A DNA stretch of 64,000 nucleotides, taken from assembly GCF_009914755.1 (NCBI RefSeq), contig NC_060927.1, one strand, 5' to 3'. The stretch is from the human T2T-CHM13v2.0 reference genome, Homo sapiens. Below are positions 19,800-35,263 of this stretch, piece by piece (position 1 is the first letter of the stretch; every line of letters begins with the position of its first letter). The position numbers were made by a program, and so were the translations under genes. The notes under the pieces are model-generated. The model was not told the DNA's origin and ran no database searches. It was given only the letters and a program-made list of their open reading frames with translations.

Positions 19800-20620
19800 C
19801 CTCCTCTTCCCCGAGCCCAACCCAGAGCTGGAAGCTAGCGCCCCTTGAGGCTTACCTGCAGGGCAATTTCCTTCTTCCTGCTGCCCATGGCTCTGCAAAG
19901 AAGACGAAGCCCTGTTACCGCGGCCGTGGGCCGTTCCCCCGCAGCCTCGCGACAAACCGCTGCGTGGATCAGCAAGCCCAGAGCCTCCTTCAGACAAGCC
20001 CCCCTCCTACGGCCCCCGGCCCCTTTTTAAGGTGCTTCTAACTGGCGGCAAATCAGCACACTGATACAAAGTGAACACCCCGCGAGGAAGCGGAGCCTGC
20101 AGTCCACGGGCTCGTGGCTCGCCGGGCGGTTTTCTGGGGATCTGCGAAGCCCCCTCCCCACCCCGGAGCCGGCCAGGGGGCGCGCGCAGAGGCCGGAGTC
20201 AGTGCGCCGGGCGCGGTGCAGCCTGTCGGGCACAGGGTCGCCAGTCGAGGAATTCTGACAAAAAAACGACATGGGACCCTGTTATCCCTGCTGTTCTTAT
20301 GGATTACTGGGAAAGTGAGCCACTGCGAACGACAGGTACAAGATCTTCGACGCGCCCGGAGTCACCAACCGAGTCTGCCGCGACCTAGCCGCGGTCGTCA
20401 TGGCAACCTGGCCCCCCCGCCAGGCCTGCCAGGAAAGCCGGCGGACACGTAAGCCACGCCCACTCTGGGCCCAACGCAGTCTCTCCGCGGAGGCTCTGAA
20501 CCCAGCCAGGGAGAGGCAGGAGGGAGTCCCGCCCCTTGCCCTCCATATCGGACCATAGGAACCCACTCATTGGCTGCAGTGTTTGTCAGCGTCTGGAGGC
20601 TTCGAACCCACCAAGCAAAG
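19800..20620 (-). promoter_or_regulatory. NME9: CpG island / NME9 promoter with RFX X-box at 20394-20407
   Basis: Dense CpG and high GC around the start codon; GTTGCCATGACGAC on the minus strand. Confidence 0.85.
19856..19888 (-). CDS. NME9: NME9 (TXNDC6/Txl-2) coding exon 1, MGSRKKEIALQ
   Basis: Minus strand reads gccATGG (good Kozak) GCAGCAGGAAGAAGGAAATTGCCCTGCAG|gtaagc: 33 nt, phase-0 donor, inside a CpG island; matches the recalled NME9 N-terminus. Confidence 0.95.
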
Positions 20621-20849
20621 ACCCAGTGCATCTGTGCGTTGCACAGTCGCATCTGTGAATCCCTGCATCCCTCCTGCCCTGCCTGCCAAGACTGATGTGC
20701 AGCTTTTCTACCATCACATACCGGTATAATGTGTGCAAGGTGGGGGGTGTCTCCAGGTTTTGAGGGATCTGCAAGCGTTCTCTTTAAGGCAAAGAATATG
20801 AAATTACAAATTCAAAATTAGATATGAAAGTCAAGTGAGACACATACAA

Positions 20850-21650
20850 AACAGTTACAGACATTGTAGATATTAATCCAACTGTATCAATAACCACTTT
20901 AAATGTGAATAATCTGATTACACCAATTAAAAAAGAGATTGTCAGAATGGATTTCAAAAACAAACAAAGCCCAATCGTGTGTTATCCACAAGAAAATACA
21001 TTAAAAGCAAAAGGATAGAGAAAGCTATACCAGGCTGACACTAATTAAAAAAATAGCTGAAGTAGGTATGTTAATTTCAAGAAAAGCAGACTTCAGAACA
21101 AGGAAATTTATCAGGTATAAACAGGGACATTACATAAAGTTAAAGGGATCAGTTATTTGGGAAGACATAACAATACTTAATATGTATGTACTTAAAAACA
21201 GAGCACCGAAATATGTGAGGCAAAAGAAGATAAAACTGCAAGGAAAAATAGGTAAACTCAGTATTATAATAGAATGCTTTCATACCATTTTTAAAAAGTA
21301 ATTAATACATCCAGCAGAAGCAAATGAGCAAGGATATAGTTGAACTGAAAAATATCAAATTGATCTAATTGACATTTATGCAATATTTAGTTCAACAACA
21401 GCGGAATATAGATTCTTTCTCAAGCTCACATGGGACATTCACTGAGATAGACCACAATCTAGGCCATAAAACATAGCTTAACAAATTTAAAAGGATAGAA
21501 CAAAGTATGTTCTCTGACTGCAATAGAATTAAACTAGGAATCAATCACAGCTGATGAAAGAGATCTCACAGATTTAAATAAATGAAGAAATATTCCGTGT
21601 TCATGGATAGGAAGAATTAATATTGTTAAGATATCAATTCTTCCTAAGTG
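20850..21650 (+). mobile_element. Old L1M ORF2 fragments (endonuclease region joined near 21550 to a post-RT segment)
   Basis: ORF 21068..21301 resembles the L1 endonuclease (ADFRT..GHYI.LKGS..EDITILNMY); later segment ATTCCGTGTTCATGGATAGGAAGAATTAATATTGTTAAG. Confidence 0.8.
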
Positions 21651-22154
21651 AAGCATACACCAAATGATTTCCATCCAGGGAGTGCTGATACCCTGTTTGG
21701 CCATGAGGTACCCAGCAACCCTCTGTGAAGTACAGGGCGATGGGTATACTGGAGACCGAACATCTTCCTACCTGTCATCCTGCCTTCTCCCACTTCAGCT
21801 CCGAATCCACCTACTCTTTTCTTGCATTCAGTCCCATGGCAATATTCAGTTCCATGATAATATTACGCAGAGCCACAGGCAGTCCTTAAGACACCACATT
21901 GCAAACTGAGTTGACTAGATGCAAATCATGTTCATTGCCACAAGGTGGTGGTTGCTGAAGCTCTTGAATGGTGTGGAATCTCCCTTAGAATTTAGTTTCC
22001 AAAATAAAATTCAAATCAGATGCTAAATTCCTCTTGCCAGCACATGGAAAGATAGTGACATTTATTCTTTCTGAAAGGGTTAAATTTCTTACCATGTGGT
22101 CTCTATTACAAAATGTACTCACATCTTTGCCAGGCTAAACCTCAGAAACAAATT

Positions 22155-23048
<894 letters not shown>

Positions 23049-23640
23049 TAATCAGCCCTTCCCTCAGTGATGTACTTTTTTGTTTGTTTTATTTTAATGC
23101 AAAACCTGCTAACTAAATTTAAGGGCTACTGAGATGTTTTAGAGTTCAAAAGATTAAAAACCAAACTCTTCCTCCTGCAACTCATGTTTATTGCCACAAG
23201 GTGGTGGTTTACTCAAAATAAACCCTTCTGAGACCCAAATTGGACACTAGGAGCATTTTCTTTATCAAAATGCTTCAGAACTGATGTGACTCTGTAAAAC
23301 AAGAATGACCCTCCTCACTTTAAGAGGAAATCATAGACCAAAGCAGGCTGTGCTTCCTCGGATGCCTTCCCGTTTTTCATCGTAGAAGATAAGAATGTAT
23401 ATACACATCTTCGTCTAACCTAACTCCTCTCTCCTTCCAGGTGTAATGTCTTCTTTTTTCCACAAGTAACAGCAGGTCCCTCCTGTGCCTTGCTCTGAGG
23501 AAGGCAGCTGGGAGTGGTAGAACTGGGAACTTTAGGGTCAGACAGATGTGGGCTGGATCACAGATACACCTACTACCTGTCTAAGCTTGGGTGAAGCTAC
23601 TTCAGCTTATTCAGTCAGTCTTAGTTTCCTCATCTTTAAA

Positions 23641-23770
23641 TTTTTTTTTTTTTTAAAGAAATGGGGTCTTGTTATGTTGCGAGGTGCCTGGAACACCTAG
23701 GCTCAAGCAATCCTCCCACTTCAGCCTCCCAGGCAGCTGGGACTGCAGGTGTCCACCACCATGCCCGGCT
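23641..23770 (-). mobile_element. FLAM monomer inserted into a MIR (~23510-23850)
   Basis: Single 7SL-derived arm; perfect 17-bp TSD GTTTCCTCATCTTTAAA at 23624-23640 and 23772-23788, which is MIR core sequence. Confidence 0.8.
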
Positions 23771-23876
23771 TGTTTCCTCATCTTTAAACAGGGAAATAAG
23801 ACCTACCTTTCAGGAATGTTGTGGAGAGAGGTAATGCGTTTCAAAGTTTCTTGACATTAAAACCAGTATTACTGTT

Positions 23877-24226
<350 letters not shown>

Positions 24227-24299
24227 TCATGCCCCCTTTCCACAGTATAGATACGTTGGGCAGCAGCTTCCCAGCCAAGGATTGCAAGCCATAACTCCC

Positions 24300-25085
24300 C
24301 AGGAGGTTCATCCAAGTTGTTGTGTGGATCAATATTTTAATTCCTTTTTATTACTTCGTATTCCATGGTCTCAGTATATCACCATTTGTTTCAAATTAAT
24401 ATTTGAGTGGGATATGAGGTTTTTTATTTCCCCATATGGATTTCTGGTTGCATAAGCACCATTTGTTGAGAAGACTTTCCTTTACTTCACTGGATTGATT
24501 TGGTGTCTTTGTCAAAAACCAACTGGCCATGTAAGTGTGAGTTTCCTTCAGGATTCTCTAGTCTATTCCGCTGATCTAGTTGACCATCCTTATACCAGTA
24601 CTTGATTACTAGTTGTATAGTAAGTCTTAAAATCAGGTAATCTAAGTCATCCAACCTTGTTTTTCTTTTTCAAAATTATTTGTCTATTTTAAGTTCTTTT
24701 ACTTTCATACAAATCCTAGAGTCAATCTGTTAATATGTCTGTCTTTAAAAATCCTCTTGAAAATTTGATTAAATTGCATTAAACCTAAAGATTGACTTGG
24801 GAAGAATTGACATCTTAATAATGCGGAGTCCTCCAGTCCATAAATAGGATGTGTGTTCCATTTATTCTTTAACTTCAGCAATGTTTTATAGTTGTTAAGC
24901 CAATCTTGCAAGTCATTTGTATTCATTATGCTATTATTAATGAAATTGACTTTCAAAATTTATTGCCAATTTTGTGCTGCCAGTACATAGAAATACAACT
25001 GATTTTTTGTATATTGACTTTGTATTCTGAGATCTTGCTAAACTCACTTATTAGTGCTGGTAGTTTCTTTGTTGATTGTGAGGGT
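24300..25085 (-). mobile_element. Old L1 fragments
   Basis: GCACCATTTGTTGAGAAGAC, GAATTGACATCTTAATAAT and CTTGCTAAACTCACTTATTAG antisense ORF2 motifs. Confidence 0.75.
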
Positions 25086-25380
25086 AACTTTGAAAACACA
25101 AGATAGTGAGCCATAAAATGGAAGCAGCTAGTCTGAGCCTAACAACCTGCCTTGGACTGTGTTGCATTTTCTTCGTGTCGTAGTAGTCATTGGGGGTTAC
25201 AATCAAACTGCTCATCTGTATTGTGAGTCCCTGTAGGGCAGGTTGTCCCAGCTACTTCCTAGTGAATCTTTTTTAATGAACCTCAGGTTTCCATCATGAC
25301 CTGAACGAATGAGCCCTATGCTGCCCACCATTCATGCTTACTGAGAAGTCAGAGGAGATGACAAGGAGACTTCTACATGT

Positions 25381-25918
25381 TGTAGAGGAAGCTGACCATA
25401 GGTCCCTCCTGTTGACCGATGTTTCTCCATGGGTCTCTCATGCATCTGCATATTTTTCAAGCAGAGGCACTGACTGCTTTATTCCCAACAGCCTTTCCAG
25501 GAATGTTTATATAGTGAACAACCTTGAAAGATAGAGGTAGTATCTCCTTCTAAAGCAAAGGAAAGGTTTGTTTACAGCCTTGGAAGTTAGAGATAATGTC
25601 TCCTTCTGTAGAAAGCATACTTAACTCTTCAGTGTAAAAGCTTTGGTTTCTTGAAGCTAGGATTCTTCTCCTATAACACAACCTGCTGCATGTGCAGGTG
25701 TCACCTGGCCCTCTCTGCATTGTCCTATGGGAATCAGTTCAGGAAACCTATGCAAAAATGCTAATACTTTGGTTATTGCTATTGCTTTGAATAATAAACT
25801 ATCCTTCATCTCTGACCCAGGAGCGACTTATATGTTCTTTCAGCATCCATGATTATGGAAGAATAACTTGTAAGCTTGCAAGGAGGGTAAAATCTCAGAT
25901 GATTTACAGTTCTTGACA
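25381..25918 (+). mobile_element. ERVL-class solo LTR (MER76/77-like, subfamily uncertain)
   Basis: TG...CA ends, AATAAA about 125 bp before the end, TCTCTGACCCAGGAG...GCTTGCAAG.AGGGTAAAATCTCAGA motif. Confidence 0.65.
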
Positions 25919-26650
25919 CCTCCCTAGAGGTAATGAACTTTGCCCTTGATTGTTGAGCCTCCTAGAGAGCATGCTCTTCCAACCTCCCATTAGAACTCCT
26001 TGCCCATACACTTGAAACTTTTGAGGCAGAGCTAGATTTCAGTCAAGCTACAAAGACCTCATTATCGAGGACCACACTCCTCCAGTGTTTCACCCAAAGT
26101 TTCCTGAATGGCTGCCCTGGAGATTTGAGGGCTTAATGCTAAAAGGCCTTAAGCATTTAGAGATCTCTAAACATCACTAATATTTAACTCAAAGATTTGT
26201 GTGCATTTTATGGAATACAACATACCACATCCGTATTTGTTTTAATGTAAAAATAACACTTTAAAATTCTAGCCATCAGGGATTTTAAAAGTGTTTTCTA
26301 ACTGTCTTGTTTGTCAAGACATTTGACGTGATGCTACTGGATGATGCTACTGGATTTCAGAAAATTGGGCTAAATTAGAGCAAGCAAGCCCTGCATTTCA
26401 AATTCAGCATCCAGGCAATTTTTTTCTTTGACTTGGTATTACAATATTTCAAGTACTAAAACTCATGAAAACATGTGACCACAAATGAAGATCATTTTTC
26501 CATTGTTTTACAAACTGGGGCTCGGTTACTGAGAGATGCTCAGGAAGCTGGCCCCAGGCTATGGGTGGCAGAATGTCATTGTGACTATCTCCTGTTGAGA
26601 GGCCACATTGTTCATGTGGCAGGGAATGGCTCTTACCTAAGCTGCTGCTG

Positions 26651-27564
26651 CTTTTTTTTTTTTTTTTTTTTTGAGGTCTCACTCTGTCACCCAGGCTGGA
26701 GTGCAGTGGCCCAATCATCATTGCTCACTGAGCCTCAAACTCCAGGACTCAAGCAATCCTTTCACCTCAGCCTCCCAAGTAGCTGAGACTACAGGCAAAT
26801 GACACCATTCCCAGCTAATTTTTAAATTTTTTGTAGAGACAGGGTCTTGTTGTGTTGTCCAGGCTAGTCTCAAACTCCTGGGCTCAAGCAATCCTCCCAC
26901 CTTGGCCTCCCAAAGTGCTGGTGAAACAGCTCCGTTGTCTCAGGATTTACCTGTGGTTCTTTGTCTCACGCCAAGAAAGAGTTCAGGACACCGACACTCA
27001 TGAGAAGTGGGTTTAGGAGTGGAAAGTTTAATAGACAAAGAAGAGGAGAAAGAGAACTTCCTCATACTGAGAAAGCGGGTCACCCAAGAGGGGGTCTTTG
27101 GTTTGGGGTGGAATGCGATCAGTTTTGTAAAGAGGATTGAGGAGGCAGTAATTGATTTACATAGGGCCTAGGGGATTGGTTTGACCAGGTATGACATTTT
27201 ACAGAGCTCACGAAAAGACTGACTCTTCTGCCATAGTCTTTTATTATGCAAATGCAGCTTCTACCTGGGGGTCACCATGACACTTGGTTTTACCTGGATG
27301 GTGCTGTGACACCCGCACATGTGGTGGCAAGGAAAAGGGAGTGAGAACCACAATATTGGGTGGACCTGGCTCTTAGCCACCTGCATTTACATATGCATAT
27401 CTATGCTTGCAGTCTGAGCTTCCAGGATGTTTTTTGCTAGATATGGTTTGGGGACTGCTTTTCATTAAAGGAAAATTCCACCAAGCCTTTCTAGCTGCCT
27501 AAAAATAATTTCTTAATAACTCCTATATTACTGGGATTATAGGTGTGAGCCACAATGCCTAGCC
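26651..27564 (-). mobile_element. AluJ split by an LTR insertion (Alu parts 26651-26921 and 27531-27564)
   Basis: Alu stops at CCCAAAGTGCTGG and resumes as CTGGGATTATAGGTGTGAGCCAC. Confidence 0.88.
26922..27530 (-). mobile_element. ERV1 MER4-group solo LTR (MER50/MER61-like)
   Basis: 609 bp; 4-bp TSD CTGG; minus strand starts TAATATAGGAGTT and ends TTTCA; ATTAAA about 105 bp from the 3' end. Confidence 0.8.
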
Positions 27565-27705
27565 GAAGGTCAGCTTTTTATCAGCTTTCAGGAAATGTTA
27601 TTAAAGGATTTTTTTTCAGTGAAGAAAGATGTCTGATGCTTTAAAAATGATTTTTTACCCTCCACACTGTCATTTTTATCAAATGTAAGTTTCTGAAAAA
27701 TTTAA

Positions 27706-28004
27706 GTTTTTTTTTTTTTTTTTTTTCAAGACAGAGTCTTGCTCTGTGGCCCAGGCTGGAGTGCAGTGGTGTGATCTCGGCTCACTGCAGCCTCCACTCC
27801 TGGGAGATTCTCCTGCCTCACCTTCCCAAGTAGCTGGGACTACAGGTGTATGCCACCACACCCAGCTAATTTTTGTGTTTTTTTTAGTACAGAATGGGTT
27901 TCACTATGTTGGCCAGGCTGTCCTGAACTCTTGACCTCAAGTGATGCATCCACCTCGGCCTCCCAGAGTGCTGGGATTACAGGCATGAGCCACCACGCCT
28001 AGCC
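27706..28004 (-). mobile_element. AluS
   Basis: Dimer with poly-T. Confidence 0.9.
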
Positions 28005-28292
28005 TGAAAATGTAAGATTTTGAGTAAATGTAAGTTACTTAAAAGACCCATAGTCCTTTTCACCCAGCTCCCCCAAAATTGGGGAATTGACCAGAATAGT
28101 TTCGTTATTTTAGTTCAGATGACCATAGATTTGCTATCCAAAAAGCTAGCCGCCTCCCACCCCCAGCCAGGTACAGTACTAGTTGTGCGGGCCAGAGACA
28201 ACAGCAGTAACTCATTCTCCAGCAGTCACCCACCCTATACGTGTCTTTTTACTTGAGCGTGCCCACAGAACCAATACCAGCAAGTGCTCAGA

Positions 28293-28716
28293 AGTCTTAG
28301 TCCATTTTGTGTTGCTCATACCTGAGGCCAAGTCATTGATAAAGAAAGGAGGTTTATTTGGCTCACAATTTTGCAGACTCTACAAGGAGAATGGTGCCAG
28401 CATCTGCATCTAATGAGGGCCTGAGGCTGCTTCCATTCATGGCAGAAGGCAAAATGAAGCTGGTATGTGCAGATCACATGGTGAGAAAGAAAGCAAGAGA
28501 GAGCACAGAGGAGGTACTGGGCTCTTTCCAACAACCAATTCTCATGGGAACTAAGAGTGAAAATTCACTCATTCCCTTGAGGATGGCATTAGGCCATTCA
28601 CAGGAATCTGCCCCTATGATCCAAACACCTCTCACCTGGCCTCACCTTCAACATTGGGGATCAAATTTCAACATGAGACTTGGTGGAGCCAAACAAACCA
28701 CATCCAAACCATAGCA
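28293..28716 (-). mobile_element. MaLR LTR (MSTB-like)
   Basis: TCTTAGTCCATTTTGTGTTGCT...TTTATTTGGCTCAC...CATGGCAGAAGGC...CATCCAAACCATAGCA. Confidence 0.85.
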
Positions 28717-29599
28717 TCAGGGCACTCCAAATTACCAAGTCTTTACGTCACTCACTGAATGTGAATTCTGGGATTTCATGAAAAAAACATGGGAATGATT
28801 GAGAGAAAAACAGGAGGTGCTTGATTTGGTTTGTATCTGCATGTAACAAAACCACTGAAAAGAATAAAATTTCAAAACTTTATTCTTTTAATTCATTGAG
28901 TAAAAACAACACTCCAGGAAAATGAGCCAAGTAATAAATAGCCTGTGACTGGCCCCAAAGGCTCACACACGTGCCTGGATGTGACAAGCTCAGGCTCTGG
29001 GAGGTCTGCCCTGGTCTGGACATGTGCAGTGTGCTTAAGACCATGGAGGAGGCGTGGGGGCTCTTTGCTCCACTGCAGCTCCTGCCTCTCCAGGTCATTT
29101 AGTTACCAGAAAAAATGACCAGTTTATTAATACTCCAAACATAGTAGCCATAATTGGAAAATGCGTCCACTGCAGTGGCTGGGCCTGGGTCCTCTTCCCT
29201 TTTCAGCTTTATTTCCCAGCATGAAGGGAGAAGTTGTACAATCCTAGAGAAGACTTGCTCCTGAGAACAGGCATGGGGGGAAAAACCGAGCCCAGTCATG
29301 AGTAGGATCTGGACAAAGATGTCTAAGAATTAGGACCTCAGTCCACATGCAGGTTTAGCCTACGGCTTCAGGGGAATGAACATACTGTACTGGAAGTCTG
29401 CCCTGATCACTCTGTGTCCTTGAGCAGAATTATTCATGGAATCCATGCAAAGGCATTGTATCAGACCCAATTTATTGGGCCCATCTGCTCCCCAGGCCTT
29501 GAGCCACTTATGCAATTGAGCCACAGCTGCTACTACCAACACCTCATCTCCTAACACCACCAGCTGTCCCAGCCTTCACTAGGATGAGATCCCAGCCCT

Positions 29600-30079
29600 G
29601 GCAAGGCCTCCATTGTTTTTGCTGAAGCCGGAGTCGCAGCAGGTCTGGCCACAAGCCTTGGCGGATCAGACCCACGAACCTCTGGGCATTCCCACCACCC
29701 CCTAAGGCGGGCGAAGCACCACCACACAGGATCTGGGTCCCTCTGTGGCTGCCTGGAGAAGCTGATGATACAGCCTGGAAGTGGAATGAGTGCATCCTGG
29801 GAAGGACTTTGAGCCATGAGAGACATAAGACAGGAAAGAGATAAACTCTTCTCCCTAATGAAACTACTCCAGTGCTCAGTGGTTCCAGATGTCTTGCATT
29901 TTTGGATGAGGTTATGGTCAGCCTAGTTAGTGCGCCATCTTTCATTTGCTTCCCCACCTTTCCTGCCTCACCTCCCTTTTCCTCTCACTTTTGCTGCCCT
30001 GGGATTGTACCTTCCTCCAATAAAGTGTTAGTAAATGCACTTTACACAGTCCGTTTTCTAAGGAACCCAAGCTAAGACA
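29600..30079 (+). mobile_element. Old ERVL-type LTR (LTR16/33-like), 5' limit uncertain
   Basis: CCAATAAAG followed by the GGAACCCAAGCTAAGACA terminus. Confidence 0.55.
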
Positions 30080-30381
30080 ATCTCCTTTCCTACTCTTATT
30101 CTGCACTAATCCCCCACAGGAAAACCTTCTAATGTTTCTAATAAGTATTTCCTTTTTTGTATATATATTTGCAGAACATTTTTTGTTGTATGTGCATATG
30201 TTTTAAATTTACATAGGGATTATTGTGTTATACACTTTATTTCTCATTCTCTTTCTTTTTCAACCATCCAGTGTTTTTAAGATCCATACATGTTGCTATG
30301 TGTGAACATTTGGTCCAGGTGCTGCCTGGTACTTCATGGCAAGCACTCACCACATCTTCCCTATCCACTCCCCAGTGATAA

Positions 30382-30699
<318 letters not shown>

Positions 30700-30769
30700 A
30701 GCATCAAGATTGTTTCTAAATCCACCACCTCAAACAATGCTATTCACTTAAACATTATTTGAAACTCTC

Positions 30770-31965
<1,196 letters not shown>

Positions 31966-32895
31966 ATCTGCATAGAACTGCAATGAACTTCTCCGTCATC
32001 CATTACCATCTTCAGCAAGGTATGGATCTTAGCCTGGTGGTAGAATGTGAAGATGAGGACCTCATCCAGGTTTCTTCCTTCCTTGGGTGCTCTGCCTCAG
32101 CCCTAGAGGCTGCCCCTTATATCTGCTGTAATTGTATTCTTTAGAGTTTTCTTTTCCCTTTACTAGGTAATCCCCTCTTACACATAGTATTTTTTTATAT
32201 TAAAATATCCTTGTCCAAATTATTGTGTGGTTTCTGTATCCTGAGTAAACTCTGACCAATAATACATGGCTATACCAATTTATACTTCTACTTGCAATGT
32301 GTGAGAGTTCCAGTTCCTCCACGGTCAATTATTTTAAAGCCTTTGTCTACCAATCACAACATCTGGATGATTTGTGTGTCTTCTTCTATTGTCTGTTTTT
32401 TTCTCTTGCTTATCAATGATATTTTCATGCCTTTTCACAAGTCTATTTTTTACTATATGTAGACATTATATGTAAGAGGCATAGAGACTCCAGATGATAT
32501 AATTTGCCACACAGTGTTCTCTCTTTCTTCTGTTAAGCAGATGGGGGTAAGGAATGATCACATCAGTCCAGTGAAGGATTGAAGTGGGTTGGGACTGGGT
32601 TTTGGTTTTTGGAATCTATCTATCTCAAGTCTATCTCTGGTTTGCCCCTATACCTGACATGTGGATTTTGGGTGAGTGCCTTGCCAGGTTTCTGGATCCT
32701 CAGCCATGAAAGACTATGCAGATTCAGCTCTGCTTTTCAGAGGTTCCCGGTCCAGCTTCCAGACTCTGTCTCCATGGAGCTTCAAGATCTGGCCAATGTC
32801 TTGAGGTGGGAGTTGGCTCTGTGTTTGGGGAAGGCCCTTCCTTCTTGGGAAACTTTCGTTTTCTAAGCACTGTGGGACTGTAGAATATTTCAACC

Positions 32896-33197
32896 TTTTT
32901 TTTTTTTTTTTGAAACAGGGTCTTGCTCTGTTGCCCAGGCTGGAGTGCAGTTGGTGCAATCAGAGCTCACTGCAGTCTTGACCTCCCCAGCCCAAGTGAT
33001 TCTTTCATGTCAGCCTCCTGAGTAGCTAGGACCACAGGTGCACACCACCACATCTGGCTAAGTTTTATTTTTTCTTTGTAGACATGGAGTATCCCTGTGT
33101 TGCCCAGGCTGGTCTTGAACTCCTGGGCACAAGTGATCCTCCTGCCTCGGCCTCCCAAAGTGCTGGGATTACAGGCATGGTCCACTGCATCCGGCCC
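32896..33197 (-). mobile_element. AluJ
   Basis: J-type diagnostics. Confidence 0.9.
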
Positions 33198-33626
33198 TAT
33201 TCTGCTTTTAGATGCATTCCTAGGTGCAGAACTCAGCAAATGTCAGGTGCAGAAAATTGGTTTTGTGTTTAAAGCTCCCGTGTTCTAATTTGTCATTCTA
33301 GCACCTGTGGTCACTGAACGCTTTGCTGGTTTCCCTTTCCTCCATTACAGGTCCTCCTGCTAGGCAAACTTGATCATCAGCAAGTGCCCCAAACTCACAA
33401 ATGTCCTGGGGATGAGGGAACAGCTGGGGAGCCTCATCTCATTTTGTTGCCTGCTAAATCCTACCTAGAAGAGGAAATCGCCTAGGCTTTTGAAACTCAA
33501 AACTTTTCTTTTTAAACAGTTGTCTCTAGCATGTGTTTCAGTATTTTAGAGTTGACTTTTTTTTTTCCTTGACAAATTTCTGCTGCATTATCACTACCCT
33601 GAGGCTCTGGGTGTCAAAAAATGGAA

Positions 33627-33803
33627 CAATGTTTTTCAAACTGTAGGTTACAATCCATTAATGAGGCACAAAATTGATTTAGTAGGTCATGCTAGCGTTA
33701 AATTTTGTTTCGTGTATGTGCATTTGTGTGTGTGTGTTCTGGTTTGCAGTGTAAAACCTATTTCTTCCTATGGATTACAGCCCACAGTGTTTAAAAGCTG
33801 CTG
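33627..33803. mobile_element. Short hAT element (MER103-like)
   Basis: CAATGTTTTTCAAACTG...TTTAAAAGCTGCTG degenerate terminal inverted repeats. Confidence 0.45.
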
Positions 33804-34055
33804 AACTTTAGTTTAACGGAGTAAGAGTTAAGGGAAGAAAAACAAACATTATCAGAAACCAACACATTAGCTGAGTATGGACAACTTTTGGAGAAGTTTA
33901 GCCGTTAATGGGAAGGAGATTGATTGGAAGCTTCTCTTCTAGCCCCAGATAGCAAGAGCGAGCCCATGTAAGGAATGAACTATAAGTATCAGAGAAGAAA
34001 ACCTTATGAGGCCTAGCTCCTAATGAAGCTGGAGGAGGTAGTAGGTGTGGAGGGC

Positions 34056-34392
34056 TGTGTTTTAGTCCATACCCCTCTGCTGCTATAACACACAATAACA
34101 TAGACAGAGTAATTTACAAAGAAAAGAGATTTATTTGGCTCACAGTTCTGGAGGCTGGGGAGTTGAAGAGCATGGCACTGGTATCTGGTGAGGGCCCTCC
34201 CATGGCAGAAGGCAGGCAGAAGCTAGCATGAGACAGAGAGAAAATTGGACCAAACTTGTCTTTTCTATTAGGAACCCACTCCCTGTAATACTAACCCATT
34301 CCCACAGCAATGGCATTAATCAGCTGTGAAAGGCCCCACCTCTAGCAATTAATTTCAACGTGAGTTTTGGAGGAGACATTCAAGCCACAGCA
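34056..34392 (-). mobile_element. MaLR LTR (MST/MLT1A-like)
   Basis: TTTTAGTCCAT...TTTATTTGGCTCACAGTTCTGGAGGCTGGG...ACATTCAAGCCACAGCA. Confidence 0.8.
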
Positions 34393-34949
34393 GGGTAGCA
34401 GGGAGGAGTAAAGATGAGAAGTGATTGGGCCTGGATTGGTAAAGTCCATGAAAACTCTGAAAGCAGAGTATAAGTTTTTGGCATTACATCATGGGCAGCC
34501 CAGGGGAAGAAAGGCCTTGTACTTGGCACAGAAGAAGGGTCAGCTTGAGGAATGAATAAGCATAGGTCGTGGGGGCAAGGTTCTTTTGCTAGCCCATGGT
34601 TGGTGCTTCAGGGTCACCAAAAGATCTAATTCCAGCCGCAGGCCCAGTGACTAGAATGAGCACTCGTCTCCTATTCACCTTATCCCTGCTCCGCCAACAC
34701 CAAACACACACTTGTCCATCAAGGCCACTTGGCATGGGAGAAGAGTATAGGCTTTGTGGTCAGAAGAGCCTGATTCTTAGTCTACCAGCTGTGTAGGATT
34801 GGGCTCACAGTCTCCTTATATCTAAGACAGGGCTCAGATGACCTACAGCACAGGGTCAGACCCATCACTATGTCTGGTGTCAGGCACGCTGTGAGTGCTC
34901 AGAAACTCACGGCTTCTTTTACCCTTAGGGAATACACTGAAGTTGGGAG

Positions 34950-35263
<314 letters not shown>

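Noticed and set aside
19743-20774. Multiple 60-112 aa ORFs around the NME9 promoter
   Set aside because: CpG-island artefact; only the 33-nt ATG exon fits the spliced NME9 frame
26329-26354. 13-bp direct repeat TGATGCTACTGGA twice
   Set aside because: Ordinary micro-duplication; no array structure
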